64,000 nt of DNA from IMG/VR virus record IMGVR_UViG_3300047313_000057, positions 32,001-96,000 of that record; one strand, given 5' to 3'. Made by a program: the position numbers and the translations under genes. The notes under the pieces were generated by a model that saw only the letters and a list, made by a program, of their open reading frames with translations, had not been told where the DNA came from and made no database searches. Shown in pieces: positions 19,467-29,479 of the stretch (position 1 is its first letter; every line of letters begins with the position of its first letter). The DNA is from a virus. Its lineage: Duplodnaviria > Caudoviricetes.

Positions 19467-19832
19467 CTATGCCCCACATGCCACATTGACGACGCTGGTC
19501 GGCACCCCCGGCAGCGTCATCAGCCACAGGAACGTGTTGCTCCCCGAGACGCTGAGGATGACCTGACTGGCGCCGCCGGCGCCCAGCGGCAGGATCGGGA
19601 TGCCGCCGTTGAGCGACGTGATATTGGTAAAGGACGGCGAGCCGACGCCAGAGCCGCTGAGCACGCCTAGCGACGGCACCGACGACGCGCCACTGCCGCC
19701 CAGCGTCCCGTAGACGGTGGAGAGGCCGAGATTGGTGATGAGGCACGTCGTGCCCGAAACCTGGACGGCGAGCGGCGTCGATGACACCGCAAGCGTCGCG
19801 GCGCCATTGGGCAGGAAATTGGCGAGGGCCAT
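19467..19832 (-). CDS. Small beta-rich virion protein
   Basis: Ser/Gly/Thr-rich; abuts the neck gene. Confidence 0.5.
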   Translation of the reverse strand: MALANFLPNGAATLAVSSTPLAVQVSGTTCLITNLGLSTVYGTLGGSGASSVPSLGVLSGSGVGSPSFTNITSLNGGIPILPLGAGGASQVILSVSGSNTFLWLMTLPGVPTSVVNVACGA

Positions 19833-19838
19833 GGCGGA

Positions 19839-20099
19839 TCACTCCAGCGCGACCGTGAAACTGCGATCGTCCTGGTTCGTGATCGTGCCCTGTGCGCGGT
19901 GTGCTGCCTGCTCGAACAGATAACTCAAACGCATGGCTTGCGCTGCATCGAAAGTAATGCGCACGTCATCCACCCCGAGAGTCATGTCAGCCCCTTTCAG
20001 ATCAACTTGGAACAAGACCTTGTTTTCTCCGATCGGCGCGCTGATGAAAGGATTGGCGGCGTGCGGCGTCACTTCGCCGTCTGGAATACATTTCTTCAT
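19839..20099 (-). CDS. Hypothetical protein
   Basis: 86-aa ORF in the operon. Confidence 0.45.
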   Translation of the reverse strand: MKKCIPDGEVTPHAANPFISAPIGENKVLFQVDLKGADMTLGVDDVRITFDAAQAMRLSYLFEQAAHRAQGTITNQDDRSFTVALE

Positions 20100-20108
20100 C
20101 GCGATCTC

Positions 20109-20441
20109 TCACTCCAGCGCGAACACCATCTCCTGGGTGACGATGTCGAAGCCGGCATTCTGCCTCAGCCATTCGTTCCAGAAGTCGCCCGGCACGTCGG
20201 TGACGCCGTACTCATGCGGGGCGTAGTCGCTGCCGACGGTATCGATCATCCGCCTGACGGTGTCGGCGACGCGCTTGTGGGCGTCGGTTGCGACGTTGCG
20301 GGACGGCGGCTTGCCGTTGTTGAGATCGGGCACGATCGACGGCTCGCCGGGCGGGCCAGCGATGAAGAAGGTGACGTGGTTGCCGCTTTTGCGGGGCAAG
20401 GCGAGGGTGATCCCCCCGGGCCACCGGCAGGCTATCCTCAT
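20109..20441 (-). CDS. Conserved phage protein, paralog of 43754..44302
   Basis: IAC.WP.G..L and YGVT.VP.DFW.EW..QN motifs. Confidence 0.65.
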   Translation of the reverse strand: MRIACRWPGGITLALPRKSGNHVTFFIAGPPGEPSIVPDLNNGKPPSRNVATDAHKRVADTVRRMIDTVGSDYAPHEYGVTDVPGDFWNEWLRQNAGFDIVTQEMVFALE

Positions 20442-20526
20442 GCGATGTCTCCTGATATAAGTCGCGGCGCGCGCCTAGTTAACGACGCACGGTAGTGTTG
20501 ACGGTCACCAAGAAAGGAAGATTTCG

Positions 20527-20748
20527 ATGTCATCCCTCGAAGAACTGGACCACGTCGTCAAAGAAATGCATGAAGGACGCCATAATGAAGAACTTGGGCG
20601 TCTTGCCGATGGGCTATTCGAAGCCTTCAACAAGGTCAGCCCAATGGCCGGAGCTTCTCACTGGTATAGAAAGGAAGTCATGGATTTCCTGACAGAAGCA
20701 TGGTCGACCGTGAAACGTATTGCCGTCAAAGAGCGTCAATCCACCTGA
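20527..20748 (+). CDS. Small antisense hypothetical protein
   Basis: AAAGGAAG RBS; 73 aa. Confidence 0.55.
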   Translation: MSSLEELDHVVKEMHEGRHNEELGRLADGLFEAFNKVSPMAGASHWYRKEVMDFLTEAWSTVKRIAVKERQST

Positions 20749-21179
20749 TGGGTGATGCTGTTCAGCATATGTGAGGTGTCGATCAGCGGCTTGTCGAACC
20801 CCTTGCGCTTGACCGTGGCCGGCGCCAGCGGCGGGTCGACAAGCTCGGTGATGCTCTGCCGCAACTGTCCCGCAATCCCCGCCCCAAGCTGCTCCAGCGC
20901 CGTCTTGGCGTCGTAGTCGCTGGCCTTGAGCAGCTTCTGCAGCGCGCCCGGCCACTCGCCTGACTTCGCCTTGATCATGCGGCGGAAGAACGGCCGCGGC
21001 GGCTGGCCGCGCGACGGGGCGCCGAATTCATTGATGGCGGCAACCATGGGAACGGACGTGCCATCGGGGTAGGTGGCGCTCTCCATGAACCCGACCGTGA
21101 CGGTCTTGGCGCTGGTGAGCTTGCGGCGCATCTCGTCCAGCTTTTCCTTGTAGGCGGTGCCGCCTTTCAGGGTGGCCAT
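20736..21179 (-). CDS. Tail completion/virion morphogenesis protein (HK97 gp10-like)
   Basis: VGF.E.ATYPDGT.V..VAAINEFG, PPRPFFR, T..RKGFDKPLIDT.HM motifs. Confidence 0.85.
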   Translation of the reverse strand: MATLKGGTAYKEKLDEMRRKLTSAKTVTVGFMESATYPDGTSVPMVAAINEFGAPSRGQPPRPFFRRMIKAKSGEWPGALQKLLKASDYDAKTALEQLGAGIAGQLRQSITELVDPPLAPATVKRKGFDKPLIDTSHMLNSITHQVD

Positions 21180-21553
21180 CAAATATTTGCTCCACGGGCG
21201 AGACGTCGAGCGTCGAGAAACTGCCATTTGACCATCTCGTTTAGTAAGTCCTCACGACTCTTGCTGCTACTTCTGGGTTCGCGTCCCAAGACTTCTTTCG
21301 CAATATCGCGCATTTTCTCTTTGGTGATCGACTTATCTGAACGAAGCTTGGCAATAAGTTCATCAAACTTTGCACTATCTAAGTATGCGCTTTTCAAGCT
21401 ACTGCCGTATCCTGTTCCCCCGGCACTGCTTCCAGATGTGAACTGCCCGAATTCACCGCGGGGGTGCTTTGCCTCTTCGAAATCGGCGTCCATGACTATA
21501 TCGCGCAAACCTGCGTGCGGACTGTCACGTCCACCCCAACGGCCCATTGTCAT
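21179..21553 (-). CDS. Putative head-cargo protein (GRWGGR leader + KHPRG motif + helical domain)
   Basis: Coupled at both ends (ATGA and TGATG); motifs and domain shared with other genes in the window. Confidence 0.7.
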   Translation of the reverse strand: MTMGRWGGRDSPHAGLRDIVMDADFEEAKHPRGEFGQFTSGSSAGGTGYGSSLKSAYLDSAKFDELIAKLRSDKSITKEKMRDIAKEVLGREPRSSSKSREDLLNEMVKWQFLDARRLARGANI

Positions 21554-21924
21554 GCTCCGTTCTGTAACGTGACGCTCACCTTAGTGAAGGTGGACCACTG
21601 TTCAAGCACGGCCGTCGTCAACCAGACAGAGCCGTCCGTGAACGTAATCAGATCGCCGCCCTGCTGCGTCCATCGCACGGCACCCGCGACAGGACCCGGA
21701 AAATAAATGGTACGCGACGATCCTTGGATGTTGAGGGCGTCCAACTGGCGCAAGTCACGGTGCGTCAATTCCTGCACCTGTGCTTGCACTACGATCGGCG
21801 TCGCATAGCTCGGGGTGCGGCTGCCGTCGGCGTTCGTCACGTTGCCGGTCGAGAGCTGGACGGCCACGTTCTGCATGGGGTTGACCACGGCGATCTTGTT
21901 CGCCGTGATGCCGAAGAGGTTCAT
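21550..21924 (-). CDS. Head closure (head-tail joining) protein
   Basis: MNL.GI....I..VNP, AQVQ.L...DL..LD.LNIQG, GGDL....G..WL...VLEQW. Confidence 0.8.
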   Translation of the reverse strand: MNLFGITANKIAVVNPMQNVAVQLSTGNVTNADGSRTPSYATPIVVQAQVQELTHRDLRQLDALNIQGSSRTIYFPGPVAGAVRWTQQGGDLITFTDGSVWLTTAVLEQWSTFTKVSVTLQNGA

Positions 21925-22232
21925 AAAATGATTCTAGTGATTTCTAGGACCGGACTTGCTTCGATCCAACGGTCCATGTTCGTTTTACATGAAAATGTCC
22001 GCGAGAAGTTATGACCGTCACTATAGATGCCAGATATAGTGTACGGACCATCATTCGGAGGTGGCGATGTCGGTGAAGGATTTGCCTGTTGAAGCGCTAC
22101 CATATCCTGCATTTTTTCCCTGTATGCTGCAAGCATGCGCTCTCGTGTGAGAGGGAGCCCCATTATGGTATCCACCTTCGCGTCAAATCCGGGATCATTT
22201 GTAGGAAGCCCCCTAGGAACGAAAGTTTGCAT
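21921..22232 (-). CDS. Hypothetical protein (lower GC)
   Basis: ATG 22232; stop overlaps the next start. Confidence 0.5.
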   Translation of the reverse strand: MQTFVPRGLPTNDPGFDAKVDTIMGLPLTRERMLAAYREKMQDMVALQQANPSPTSPPPNDGPYTISGIYSDGHNFSRTFSCKTNMDRWIEASPVLEITRIIL

Positions 22233-22236
22233 TTTG

Positions 22237-22557
22237 CTAATCTTTCCACTCCACGCACACCCGCGGCAGCCCCGTGTTGCTCTTCTGCCCGTCCTTCCCT
22301 GCGTTCTCGCGCTTCTCGACCACCTTGCCCTTGCGGCCGTTGAACACATAGGTCTTGCCGATGACGAGGCCGCGATAGACCCCGTAGCGCACGGAAATCC
22401 ATTCGCACGCGCCCTGATCGATGGCGAGATTGGGCGAGACGTTCTCGCGCCCGCCGCGGCGGCCGATGGACCGCAGCATGACGCTGAGCGGCGATTCCTC
22501 GGTGAAGTCGCGGGTGCCCGCGTATTCGCTGACGCGCCCGCCGTGCCGGCCGGTCAT
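22237..22557 (-). CDS. Putative head-cargo protein with GRHGGR leader
   Basis: ATG 22557 in an ATGA overlap; begins MTGRHGGRVSEYAGTRD. Confidence 0.65.
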   Translation of the reverse strand: MTGRHGGRVSEYAGTRDFTEESPLSVMLRSIGRRGGRENVSPNLAIDQGACEWISVRYGVYRGLVIGKTYVFNGRKGKVVEKRENAGKDGQKSNTGLPRVCVEWKD

Positions 22558-22793
22558 CTGTTCCACCATTTGCGGCGCTCCGAATAGTCCTTCGGCGGAC
22601 GCGAATACTTGAGTTTGGGCTTCTTGAACACCGGCCCATCGCGCTCTGGCGGATAAACGATGATGCAGCCGTCCGGGATGGTCGGCCAACCGGTGAGGGT
22701 CGGCCAACCGGTGACGGTTGCCCCGGTGTATTGCTGACAACTGCAGCATGTCGCCGTGCACGAACAATGCACCGGCATGGGCCACGCAATCAT
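22554..22793 (-). CDS. Small Cys-rich hypothetical protein
   Basis: ATGA overlaps at both ends; CSCTATCCSC. Confidence 0.5.
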   Translation of the reverse strand: MIAWPMPVHCSCTATCCSCQQYTGATVTGWPTLTGWPTIPDGCIIVYPPERDGPVFKKPKLKYSRPPKDYSERRKWWNR

Positions 22794-23740
22794 GACGCCC
22801 TCGCCAGCGCGATGGTATCCGTGCGCAGGTTCATCTTCACCTCGGCGAGCGCTCGCCCCAGGCAGTGCTGCGGGGTCAGCATCTCCTTGAACTTGGCGAA
22901 CTGCGCCGCGTGGACGCCCTTGTAGCCCATGGCCCGGGTCATCACCGCGAGGTTCATGAAATGATCGAGGTCCTTGGCGAACTTGACGATCTGCGGCCAT
23001 GGCGAATCGTCCGAGGCCGAATGCGGCTCGGCGACCACCGGCCGGCCCAGGCACAGCGCGGTGTTGCACCGTGTCGATGAGATCAGCCCCATCTCGTCGT
23101 ATTTGCGGATCTGCAGGATCACCCGCGCCTCGCGCATGATGCGGTCGCGCGTCACCTGATCGGGGAATGTCGCCTCGACCCGGACCGCCTTCTCAGTGCC
23201 GATGAACCGCGCCAATGCTTTCAGGATCTTCAGCCGGCGCTTGGACAGCGAGCCGAAGAACCCGAAGTCGAACTGCGGCTCGACGCCGTCGGGCGCGCGC
23301 ACTAGGCTCGGCGCATAGCCGAGTTCGATGTAGGCCGCGGGCGCCCATTGATTGTACCAGTCGTGGACGTGGGCGCCCGGCACCAGATAGAGGATCGCCT
23401 CGGCAAACTCGGCGGCACGGGGGAATTCGGACTGCCGCTTGACCATCTCGGCATCGCGCCCGTGGTTGAACCCCTTGGGCGTCGGTTCTTCGGTGGCGAT
23501 GAACAGGAAGCGGGCCCCCTGTGCATGGGCGCGCCGCAGCACCTCGGTCGATCCCGGCGTGAAGCCCTCGACGATGACGTTGATGCCCGAATCCGGCATC
23601 AGGAAGCGGTCGTTCTTCGGCTCCCACACGACGTTGTGGCCCAGCGCCTTGAGCTGGTGGCCGACGATGCCCATCGGGTCTTCGAGGGAGCGCTGGCCTA
23701 ACACGTTATGGTTGAAGAGATTGAATAGAAGTTGTGTCAT
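22790..23740 (-). CDS. Putative GT-B glycosyltransferase (paralog of 31930..32844)
   Basis: FDFGFFGSLS.RR..IL, RD.....A.V.L.I, S..R...AL..G..VVAE pattern. Confidence 0.65.
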   Translation of the reverse strand: MTQLLFNLFNHNVLGQRSLEDPMGIVGHQLKALGHNVVWEPKNDRFLMPDSGINVIVEGFTPGSTEVLRRAHAQGARFLFIATEEPTPKGFNHGRDAEMVKRQSEFPRAAEFAEAILYLVPGAHVHDWYNQWAPAAYIELGYAPSLVRAPDGVEPQFDFGFFGSLSKRRLKILKALARFIGTEKAVRVEATFPDQVTRDRIMREARVILQIRKYDEMGLISSTRCNTALCLGRPVVAEPHSASDDSPWPQIVKFAKDLDHFMNLAVMTRAMGYKGVHAAQFAKFKEMLTPQHCLGRALAEVKMNLRTDTIALARAS

Positions 23741-24468
23741 CGCACGATCATCCTCAGCGCCTGTTGCAGGCGCTCCTCGCGCGGCCATTCCTGCGCCGCG
23801 AGATCGCGCGAAAACGGCCCCTCCATGCCGTCCGTGCAGCTTGCCGCGCACCACCGCGCCCAGATCAGCAGGCGCGGCCGGCGCTGCGGGCGCGGCGCCA
23901 TGTGGCATCCGTGCGGATCGATGAAGAACGTCGTGCCCGCAGGGCCCAAAACCGTCCGAGTCGGGCGCGCCGGGCGGTAGCCGTTGTAATTTTCGCCCCT
24001 GTCCTCGTCGCGATGTGACCCGATCTCGTAGAGATGCGCGCCGTCGTCGAACGATTCCACGTCCGTCCCGTACATGAATGCGACCAGCATGCGCGGGTTG
24101 TCGCGGTCGCGGTGCCAGTCGTGCGTATCGCGATAATGGTGCGGCGACGGCTGGGTGACGAAGGCGCTGATCGAGTAGAGCAGCGCCTCCTCGCCGAAAT
24201 AATCCGCGGCGATGTCGTAGCTGCCGAGCGCCCAGGTCAGATAATGGGGTGCGGCAAGGACCTCATCGCGATCAAGGCCCATCATCGGCCAGCCGGGGTT
24301 TCCCCACACCTCGTCCAGCCGGGCGCGTCGGCGGCCGGACCCGAAGGTATGGTTGTCGCTGCATGGCGCCTGCTTCAAATGGTGCAGAAGGGCTTCGAGC
24401 TTTCCGGCAGACAGCGGCTCTCCGACGGCGGCGCCGTCGCGGCGCAATTCTTCAGCGATATCGGTCAT
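23737..24468 (-). CDS. 2OG-Fe(II) dioxygenase (PhyH-like)
   Basis: WHRD.D, G.H.Y..GSH, GPAGT.F..D..G.H facial-triad pattern. Confidence 0.75.
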   Translation of the reverse strand: MTDIAEELRRDGAAVGEPLSAGKLEALLHHLKQAPCSDNHTFGSGRRRARLDEVWGNPGWPMMGLDRDEVLAAPHYLTWALGSYDIAADYFGEEALLYSISAFVTQPSPHHYRDTHDWHRDRDNPRMLVAFMYGTDVESFDDGAHLYEIGSHRDEDRGENYNGYRPARPTRTVLGPAGTTFFIDPHGCHMAPRPQRRPRLLIWARWCAASCTDGMEGPFSRDLAAQEWPREERLQQALRMIVR

Positions 24469-25073
24469 GTCGGATAATAAGCCGGCCAGAGCTCCAGATA
24501 GCGCGCATGATCGCTGTCGAAATGCCGGTGCTTGTTCGTTTCGATGGCCTCCCGACCCTGATGCTGGATCCGGGCGTCCCGGCAGATCGCAACCGATCCG
24601 CCGGCTTCCCAGCAGCGCATCGAAAAATCGACATCGCCGTAGAAGCTGGCATAGGCCGGATCGAAGAAGCCGATCATGGCGATGGTCTTCCTCGACGTCA
24701 TGCCCCAGCGGGCATAGGGCCGTATGCCGGCCCGGCAGCCATCGTCGCCGACGAAGAACTCGCCGATGAACGGCGGGGAATGCCGGTCGATGAACTCCAT
24801 CATCGTCTCAAGGCAGCGGGTCGTCGGCTTGATTTCGTCGGACAGCCACGCGACGTGCGTGCTTTTCGAGCGGGTGTGGTCGAGCGCGAGCGCGATCGAG
24901 GCGGCGCTGCCGATGCGGTCGTCGTGCACGTTGGTCGCGCGCTTGACCTTGAACGAGGGCGAGGCGACGACGACGTCGAGGGTGATCGAACTGCAGGCCC
25001 GCAGGTCGTCCACGAGAATCTGCGTGAGCCGGCGCGAGCGCGCCGCGGGAATGATGACGGAACAGAGATTCAT
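24465..25073 (-). CDS. Glycosyltransferase family 2
   Basis: SVIIP, IGFFD.....Y.D.DFS.R...AG motifs. Confidence 0.75.
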   Translation of the reverse strand: MNLCSVIIPAARSRRLTQILVDDLRACSSITLDVVVASPSFKVKRATNVHDDRIGSAASIALALDHTRSKSTHVAWLSDEIKPTTRCLETMMEFIDRHSPPFIGEFFVGDDGCRAGIRPYARWGMTSRKTIAMIGFFDPAYASFYGDVDFSMRCWEAGGSVAICRDARIQHQGREAIETNKHRHFDSDHARYLELWPAYYPT

Positions 25074-25840
25074 CTGATCGCCATGATGGCCGAAGGATCG
25101 TGGTTTTGCCGGATCGTGCAGTCATCCGTCACGAGATGCGCATGAGCGCCGACGCTGACGTTGACGTTGAAGTCCTGCAAGACCGCCGTGTTCCAGCCCC
25201 CGCCATAGCGCGGTGCCCAGCGCGCGACGAAGCGGTGATAGTCCGCCGGCTCATAGAGTTTCGACTTGCGCACGACGTCGACCAGGCGGCCGTCGGTGTC
25301 CTTCGACAGGAAGATCGCCGGCCGGCTGGAAAAGGCACAGAAGCCGCCGAGGTTCCACACGCGCATGCCGAGATCGCAATCACTGAAGCCCTGCCGGTAA
25401 TCGCCGTCGAACCAGCCGGCAGACACCGCCCCGGCGCGCCGCATCATCGGGAAGTTCGGATAGTACAGGCCGAAGCAGGTCCCGGCCCAGTCGCTGCCGT
25501 CATGGCGGTCGTAGCGCAGGCCCATCACCAGCGGCGTGGGACGGGCGTTTTCGAGTGCCTCGAATTCCGGGATGAGCCATTCGTCCCAGCCATCGCAGAA
25601 CTCGAAATCGTCGGCCAGCGCAATGACGAAATCGCCCTTTGTCCATTGCAGTGCGGCATGCTGAGCCGCAGCCGCCCCGCGCGGTTCGTGTTCCAGCACC
25701 CATACGGCGGACGGGGGCGGACGCTCTGGGCTGACGACGACGATCTCATGGCTGCAGCGCGTGCCTCGTTCAATGCTGGCAACGCAGCGGGCGAGGTCAT
25801 GCGGGAAGATCGACGGGATGATGATCGAGACTACGGGCAT
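25070..25840 (-). CDS. Glycosyltransferase family 2
   Basis: VSIIIP, EIVVV, GDFV..LADD, GWFD..Y..G..D.DL..R motifs. Confidence 0.8.
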   Translation of the reverse strand: MPVVSIIIPSIFPHDLARCVASIERGTRCSHEIVVVSPERPPPSAVWVLEHEPRGAAAAQHAALQWTKGDFVIALADDFEFCDGWDEWLIPEFEALENARPTPLVMGLRYDRHDGSDWAGTCFGLYYPNFPMMRRAGAVSAGWFDGDYRQGFSDCDLGMRVWNLGGFCAFSSRPAIFLSKDTDGRLVDVVRKSKLYEPADYHRFVARWAPRYGGGWNTAVLQDFNVNVSVGAHAHLVTDDCTIRQNHDPSAIMAIR

Positions 25841-26735
25841 TCAAGTCTTGAACCTTTGCCAGGACATCCCGCCAGAACACGCGCGGATGATGGTGCTCTG
25901 TCACATGGGCGTGGAAGCGTCCGGCCATATCCCTGAGCGCATCGTCATTGCCGCGAGCCCAGGCGATCTTCTGCAGGGCGTCTCCGGGATCCTGGTATTG
26001 AAGGTAGAGGTCGTCCGGAAACCACTTGGCTGTGCAGGCGTTGGCCTTTTCGAGGCAGCATGCTCCAGCCCAGCCTGCTTCGATCACGCGCCCTTTGACG
26101 TGCATGCCCCGGCCGGTACCCATGATAGGATGATTGGGGACGATTTTGCAGCCACCGAGAAAGCGTCCCATGTCGTGGGGCGACATCCCGTGACGGCGAT
26201 CAAGCTGCGCATGATCGATCAGCACGTGCACGAAGGCGATACGCTCCGCATGACCGCCGTCCTCTCCGGCCATGCCGAGAAATGTCGGCCTCGAATCCCA
26301 GGCCATCGGCACGAATAGTTCCGGGTCCGTCGGCGTCAACTTGACGATCCCGTTGGTAAAGCCGGCGAGCGGCGTGTTGAGGTTCCCATCGATGCTGACC
26401 TGTGCCGAAAAACATTGCTCCCTGTCGTACCGGATCAGCCAGTCCCACCAGTAATCATCGCCCGCATCGCAGCAGATGAGAATCGTTGGGGCCAGATCAT
26501 GGATTCTTTTGAGGATGTCCACGGACGGAACTGGACGATTGTAATACTGCTCCACCGCTCCGACATAGATGACGATCTCCGGCTTGAGCAACTCGACCAG
26601 CGCGACAATCTCGCTCTGACGGTCGTGCGAATAGATGTCGTATCGTTCGACATGGCAGACGTTGCCGGTGCAGATCCACGAGCGCCAGAAATTCTCGCAG
26701 TTCATCGAATGGCTGACGAGGAACAGGGCTTGCAT
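25797..26735 (-). CDS. CgeB/YkvP-like GT-B glycosyltransferase
   Basis: HVKGRV.E.G.AGA..LE....WF C-terminal motif; paralog of 27346..28233. Confidence 0.7.
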   Translation of the reverse strand: MQALFLVSHSMNCENFWRSWICTGNVCHVERYDIYSHDRQSEIVALVELLKPEIVIYVGAVEQYYNRPVPSVDILKRIHDLAPTILICCDAGDDYWWDWLIRYDREQCFSAQVSIDGNLNTPLAGFTNGIVKLTPTDPELFVPMAWDSRPTFLGMAGEDGGHAERIAFVHVLIDHAQLDRRHGMSPHDMGRFLGGCKIVPNHPIMGTGRGMHVKGRVIEAGWAGACCLEKANACTAKWFPDDLYLQYQDPGDALQKIAWARGNDDALRDMAGRFHAHVTEHHHPRVFWRDVLAKVQDLNARSLDHHPVDLPA

Positions 26736-26749
26736 GCGTCAGACCTCGA

Positions 26750-27349
26750 TCATCTCAATAATGTCGCCAGCAGTCCGGTGTCACGCATATTCCTTGCAAG
26801 ATCGGCGTGGGAATATCCTGGTATCAATGTCGGCTCGACACCAAGACGGCGCGCCATGTGAATGTCGAGTTCCGTACCTGGGCCGTCGCTGACGAACGCC
26901 TTGATGTTGGAGGTGCAGCCACCCTTGAAGAGGGGAAGAAGATCGTCAATCGTGAATGGATCGTGTGGCGCCGGCGCCACACGATGGTGCCATTTCGGAT
27001 CAATATCATCTGTCGCCGTGCCGGTGGTCACCGGTGATATTGCGATGATCTCTTCGACTCCAGCAAGTTGTCCATACAGCAGTGCCGCATAGGCGCCGGA
27101 AGACACACCTGCCGTCTTGACGCGGTAGCGTCGCGCAAGATCGCGCAGATAATCGGCGACGGCCTGCCGATCACCGATGCCTTTGATGCCGTGCTGATAC
27201 CAGCGCGTCGCCGAATCTCTGAACAGAACATGAGGCAACTGGAGAGCGCTCAACAACCGGCCGAATTGAAACACATGCTGCGTGCCTGCAGCAAATGCAG
27301 CAATACATGTCGAATTCCCGGCGTGAAGTCTCTCTTCAAAATCGATCAT
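26750..27349 (-). CDS. Alpha/beta hydrolase (esterase/acyltransferase-like)
   Basis: G.SSGAYAALLYG nucleophile elbow; FRD...WY..G; late His. Confidence 0.7.
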   Translation of the reverse strand: MIDFEERLHAGNSTCIAAFAAGTQHVFQFGRLLSALQLPHVLFRDSATRWYQHGIKGIGDRQAVADYLRDLARRYRVKTAGVSSGAYAALLYGQLAGVEEIIAISPVTTGTATDDIDPKWHHRVAPAPHDPFTIDDLLPLFKGGCTSNIKAFVSDGPGTELDIHMARRLGVEPTLIPGYSHADLARNMRDTGLLATLLR

Positions 27350-28233
27350 AGAACACAGGCTTTCGTCAGAACCTTGTCCCAGAATACACGCGGATGATGC
27401 TCCCGTTCGACCTTGTCATGAAATCGCGCGGCGACATCATCGCCCGCTTGCGTCCTGATGATGGCCTCCACTTCGTCGATCGTTTGGGCCGCAAAATATT
27501 CATCAGGACGGAACCAGTCCCCCATCAGAGATGGACCGTATTCGATGAGTGCGGCTCCGGCAAAGCCACACTCGACAACGCGACCCTTGACATGGGATCG
27601 CGTGCCGGTTCCCGTCAACGTGTGGTTAAACACGAAACGGGAATTGCCGATGATCGCGGCCATGTCCGCATAGGACCGGCTCGGGGACATCTGATAGAAC
27701 TGCAGGAGGCCGCGTTCGCACAACCGCGTAATCACATGGCTTCTATCACCGCCGCCGATGTTGCCGACGAAACTGAACGGAATCTCCCGCTCATGCCATG
27801 GCCGCGGAGAAAACACGCGCGTATCCACAGGTGTCAGCAACGTCATGCCTTCGGAAAACGCCGAGAGCGGCGCGTCATGGCCGCCGTCGATGCTCACCTG
27901 AACGGTGAAGCATGCCTGATCGTGATAAGTCTGCAATTGCGGCCACCACGGCGGATCGGCGGCATCGTCGCACATATGGATGAACGGTGTCACATCGCGG
28001 ATTCTTCGCAGAATATCGACATTCGGCACTGGGCGGTTATGAGATTGTTCGCAGGCGCCGATGAAGACCGCAAAATCCGGCGCTACGCGGCGCACTTCTT
28101 CAACAAGTTCACCATGACGGTCGTGCGGTCTGTCGTCGTACTGAATGAGATGCACATCATGCCCTGCGGCCTGCAGCGACATCCATTTGTTTTCACAGTC
28201 GGACGAAAAGGTATGAAACACAACCGCTTTCAT
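27346..28233 (-). CDS. CgeB/YkvP-like GT-B glycosyltransferase
   Basis: FSFVG.....R, Y.....NS..V.N, HVKGRVVECG.AGA, F.P.EY. Confidence 0.75.
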   Translation of the reverse strand: MKAVVFHTFSSDCENKWMSLQAAGHDVHLIQYDDRPHDRHGELVEEVRRVAPDFAVFIGACEQSHNRPVPNVDILRRIRDVTPFIHMCDDAADPPWWPQLQTYHDQACFTVQVSIDGGHDAPLSAFSEGMTLLTPVDTRVFSPRPWHEREIPFSFVGNIGGGDRSHVITRLCERGLLQFYQMSPSRSYADMAAIIGNSRFVFNHTLTGTGTRSHVKGRVVECGFAGAALIEYGPSLMGDWFRPDEYFAAQTIDEVEAIIRTQAGDDVAARFHDKVEREHHPRVFWDKVLTKACVL

Positions 28234-29009
28234 GATACGACAAGCCTGATTGCTTCCTGGATCTCCGGATCGGCCGGATAGCGGTCACCGATCAGCGCCT
28301 TTGGTACAGGACGCAGATCATCCCATCCGTAGGCCGCAGGAGGATCACTGACGCCGTAACGTGCCCATATGAACAGCCGCGGTCCACTGCGCGGGCGCTG
28401 TCCCATATGAACGCCGAAGGGTTGTTCGACAAACAGTGTTCCGGCAGGCCCTTTGATCGTGATGATTGCTTCCGGCGGTGGATTGCCATTGGCGGGACTA
28501 TGAGATGAACCGCGCTGATACAAATGGAAGCCGTCATTCAAGACATCGGTGCCGAACATGAACAAGCCGAGTTGCTTGCGATCGTCTTCGTCGCGGTGCC
28601 AGTCATGGGTTTCGATATAATGCCCGCTTCCCGGCTGGGTCCAGAAGCAGTGCAACGAATAAAGGCGCGGAAACTCGCCATCAAAATACTGTTTGACCAG
28701 CGGAAATACGCTGATCGCGCATTCCAGCCAATGCGGAGCCCCGACAACCGTCTCCATCGTCGGGGCGAACGCGGGCCATTCCCCATCGGACCGGGCTTGG
28801 CGCATCGTCTTGCTGCCCGCCGGAAATTCCGGCACTTTCGATCTGGAGGCGACATGCGCACGCCAGACCGGGCGCTCGTCCATGTAGGCGATCATTTCGG
28901 CGAGTTCCTGCTCACCGAATCGGCTCGGCGCAATAACGACGCCATCGCGCCGTAAATCGTCAAGCAAAGCCGTCCATTCAATCAACGGCATTTTCATCTG
29001 CATCATCAC
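28230..29009 (-). CDS. 2OG-Fe(II) dioxygenase (PhyH-like), paralog of 23737..24468
   Basis: THDWHRD.DD, GPAGT.F.....G.H, PRL.IWAR shared with the paralog. Confidence 0.75.
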   Translation of the reverse strand: MMMQMKMPLIEWTALLDDLRRDGVVIAPSRFGEQELAEMIAYMDERPVWRAHVASRSKVPEFPAGSKTMRQARSDGEWPAFAPTMETVVGAPHWLECAISVFPLVKQYFDGEFPRLYSLHCFWTQPGSGHYIETHDWHRDEDDRKQLGLFMFGTDVLNDGFHLYQRGSSHSPANGNPPPEAIITIKGPAGTLFVEQPFGVHMGQRPRSGPRLFIWARYGVSDPPAAYGWDDLRPVPKALIGDRYPADPEIQEAIRLVVS

Positions 29010-29050
29010 TGCGCCGCCGCCCGCTCCCGTGACACTTCCTCCAGCAGCTT
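29006..29050 (-). repeat. Diverged duplicate of the radical SAM gene 3' end (copy of 30394..30444)
   Basis: Encodes KLLEEVSRERAAAQ* versus KLLEEAHAPRERVAAQ*. Confidence 0.8.
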
Positions 29051-29125
29051 GCCTGACTTCAAGCGCCGCAGACTTATGGTCATTTCACATGCCTGTCACA
29101 GAGGCATGCCGATATGAGACGGCTC

Positions 29126-29458
29126 TCATATCGTCTTAAAACTTCCAGACGGCTGGAAAGAACCATTCTGAAACAAAACGATAATCTGCGTTCCAGTCAA
29201 GTTGCCAGATGGCGTGTTCTGCTTCTGAGTAACCAGCGGATCCCCAGCGCTATCCACTTCGATTACGGTTGGCGCATATGACGGTGTCACTTCTGTACCG
29301 GCTTGCCAGCCTCGTGATACCGCGGCGGCATCTGCGGTTAATATAAAGGCACTGCATACAATATCCCCGACGCGAACGGAATTGGGATTTACGGAACACT
29401 GAACGTCTGCGGATGTAGAGTCTACACCCGTCACCGTAGCCATGTAAAACAGTTTCAT
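29126..29458 (-). CDS. Hypothetical protein (AT-rich island)
   Basis: GGAG RBS; 110 aa; beta-rich. Confidence 0.55.
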   Translation of the reverse strand: MKLFYMATVTGVDSTSADVQCSVNPNSVRVGDIVCSAFILTADAAAVSRGWQAGTEVTPSYAPTVIEVDSAGDPLVTQKQNTPSGNLTGTQIIVLFQNGSFQPSGSFKTI

Positions 29459-29479
29459 TGATCTATCTCCGTCTCTAGC

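Noticed and set aside
1-21924. Tailocin or extracellular contractile injection system
   Set aside because: Terminase, portal, protease and capsid genes are present, indicating a DNA-packaging phage.
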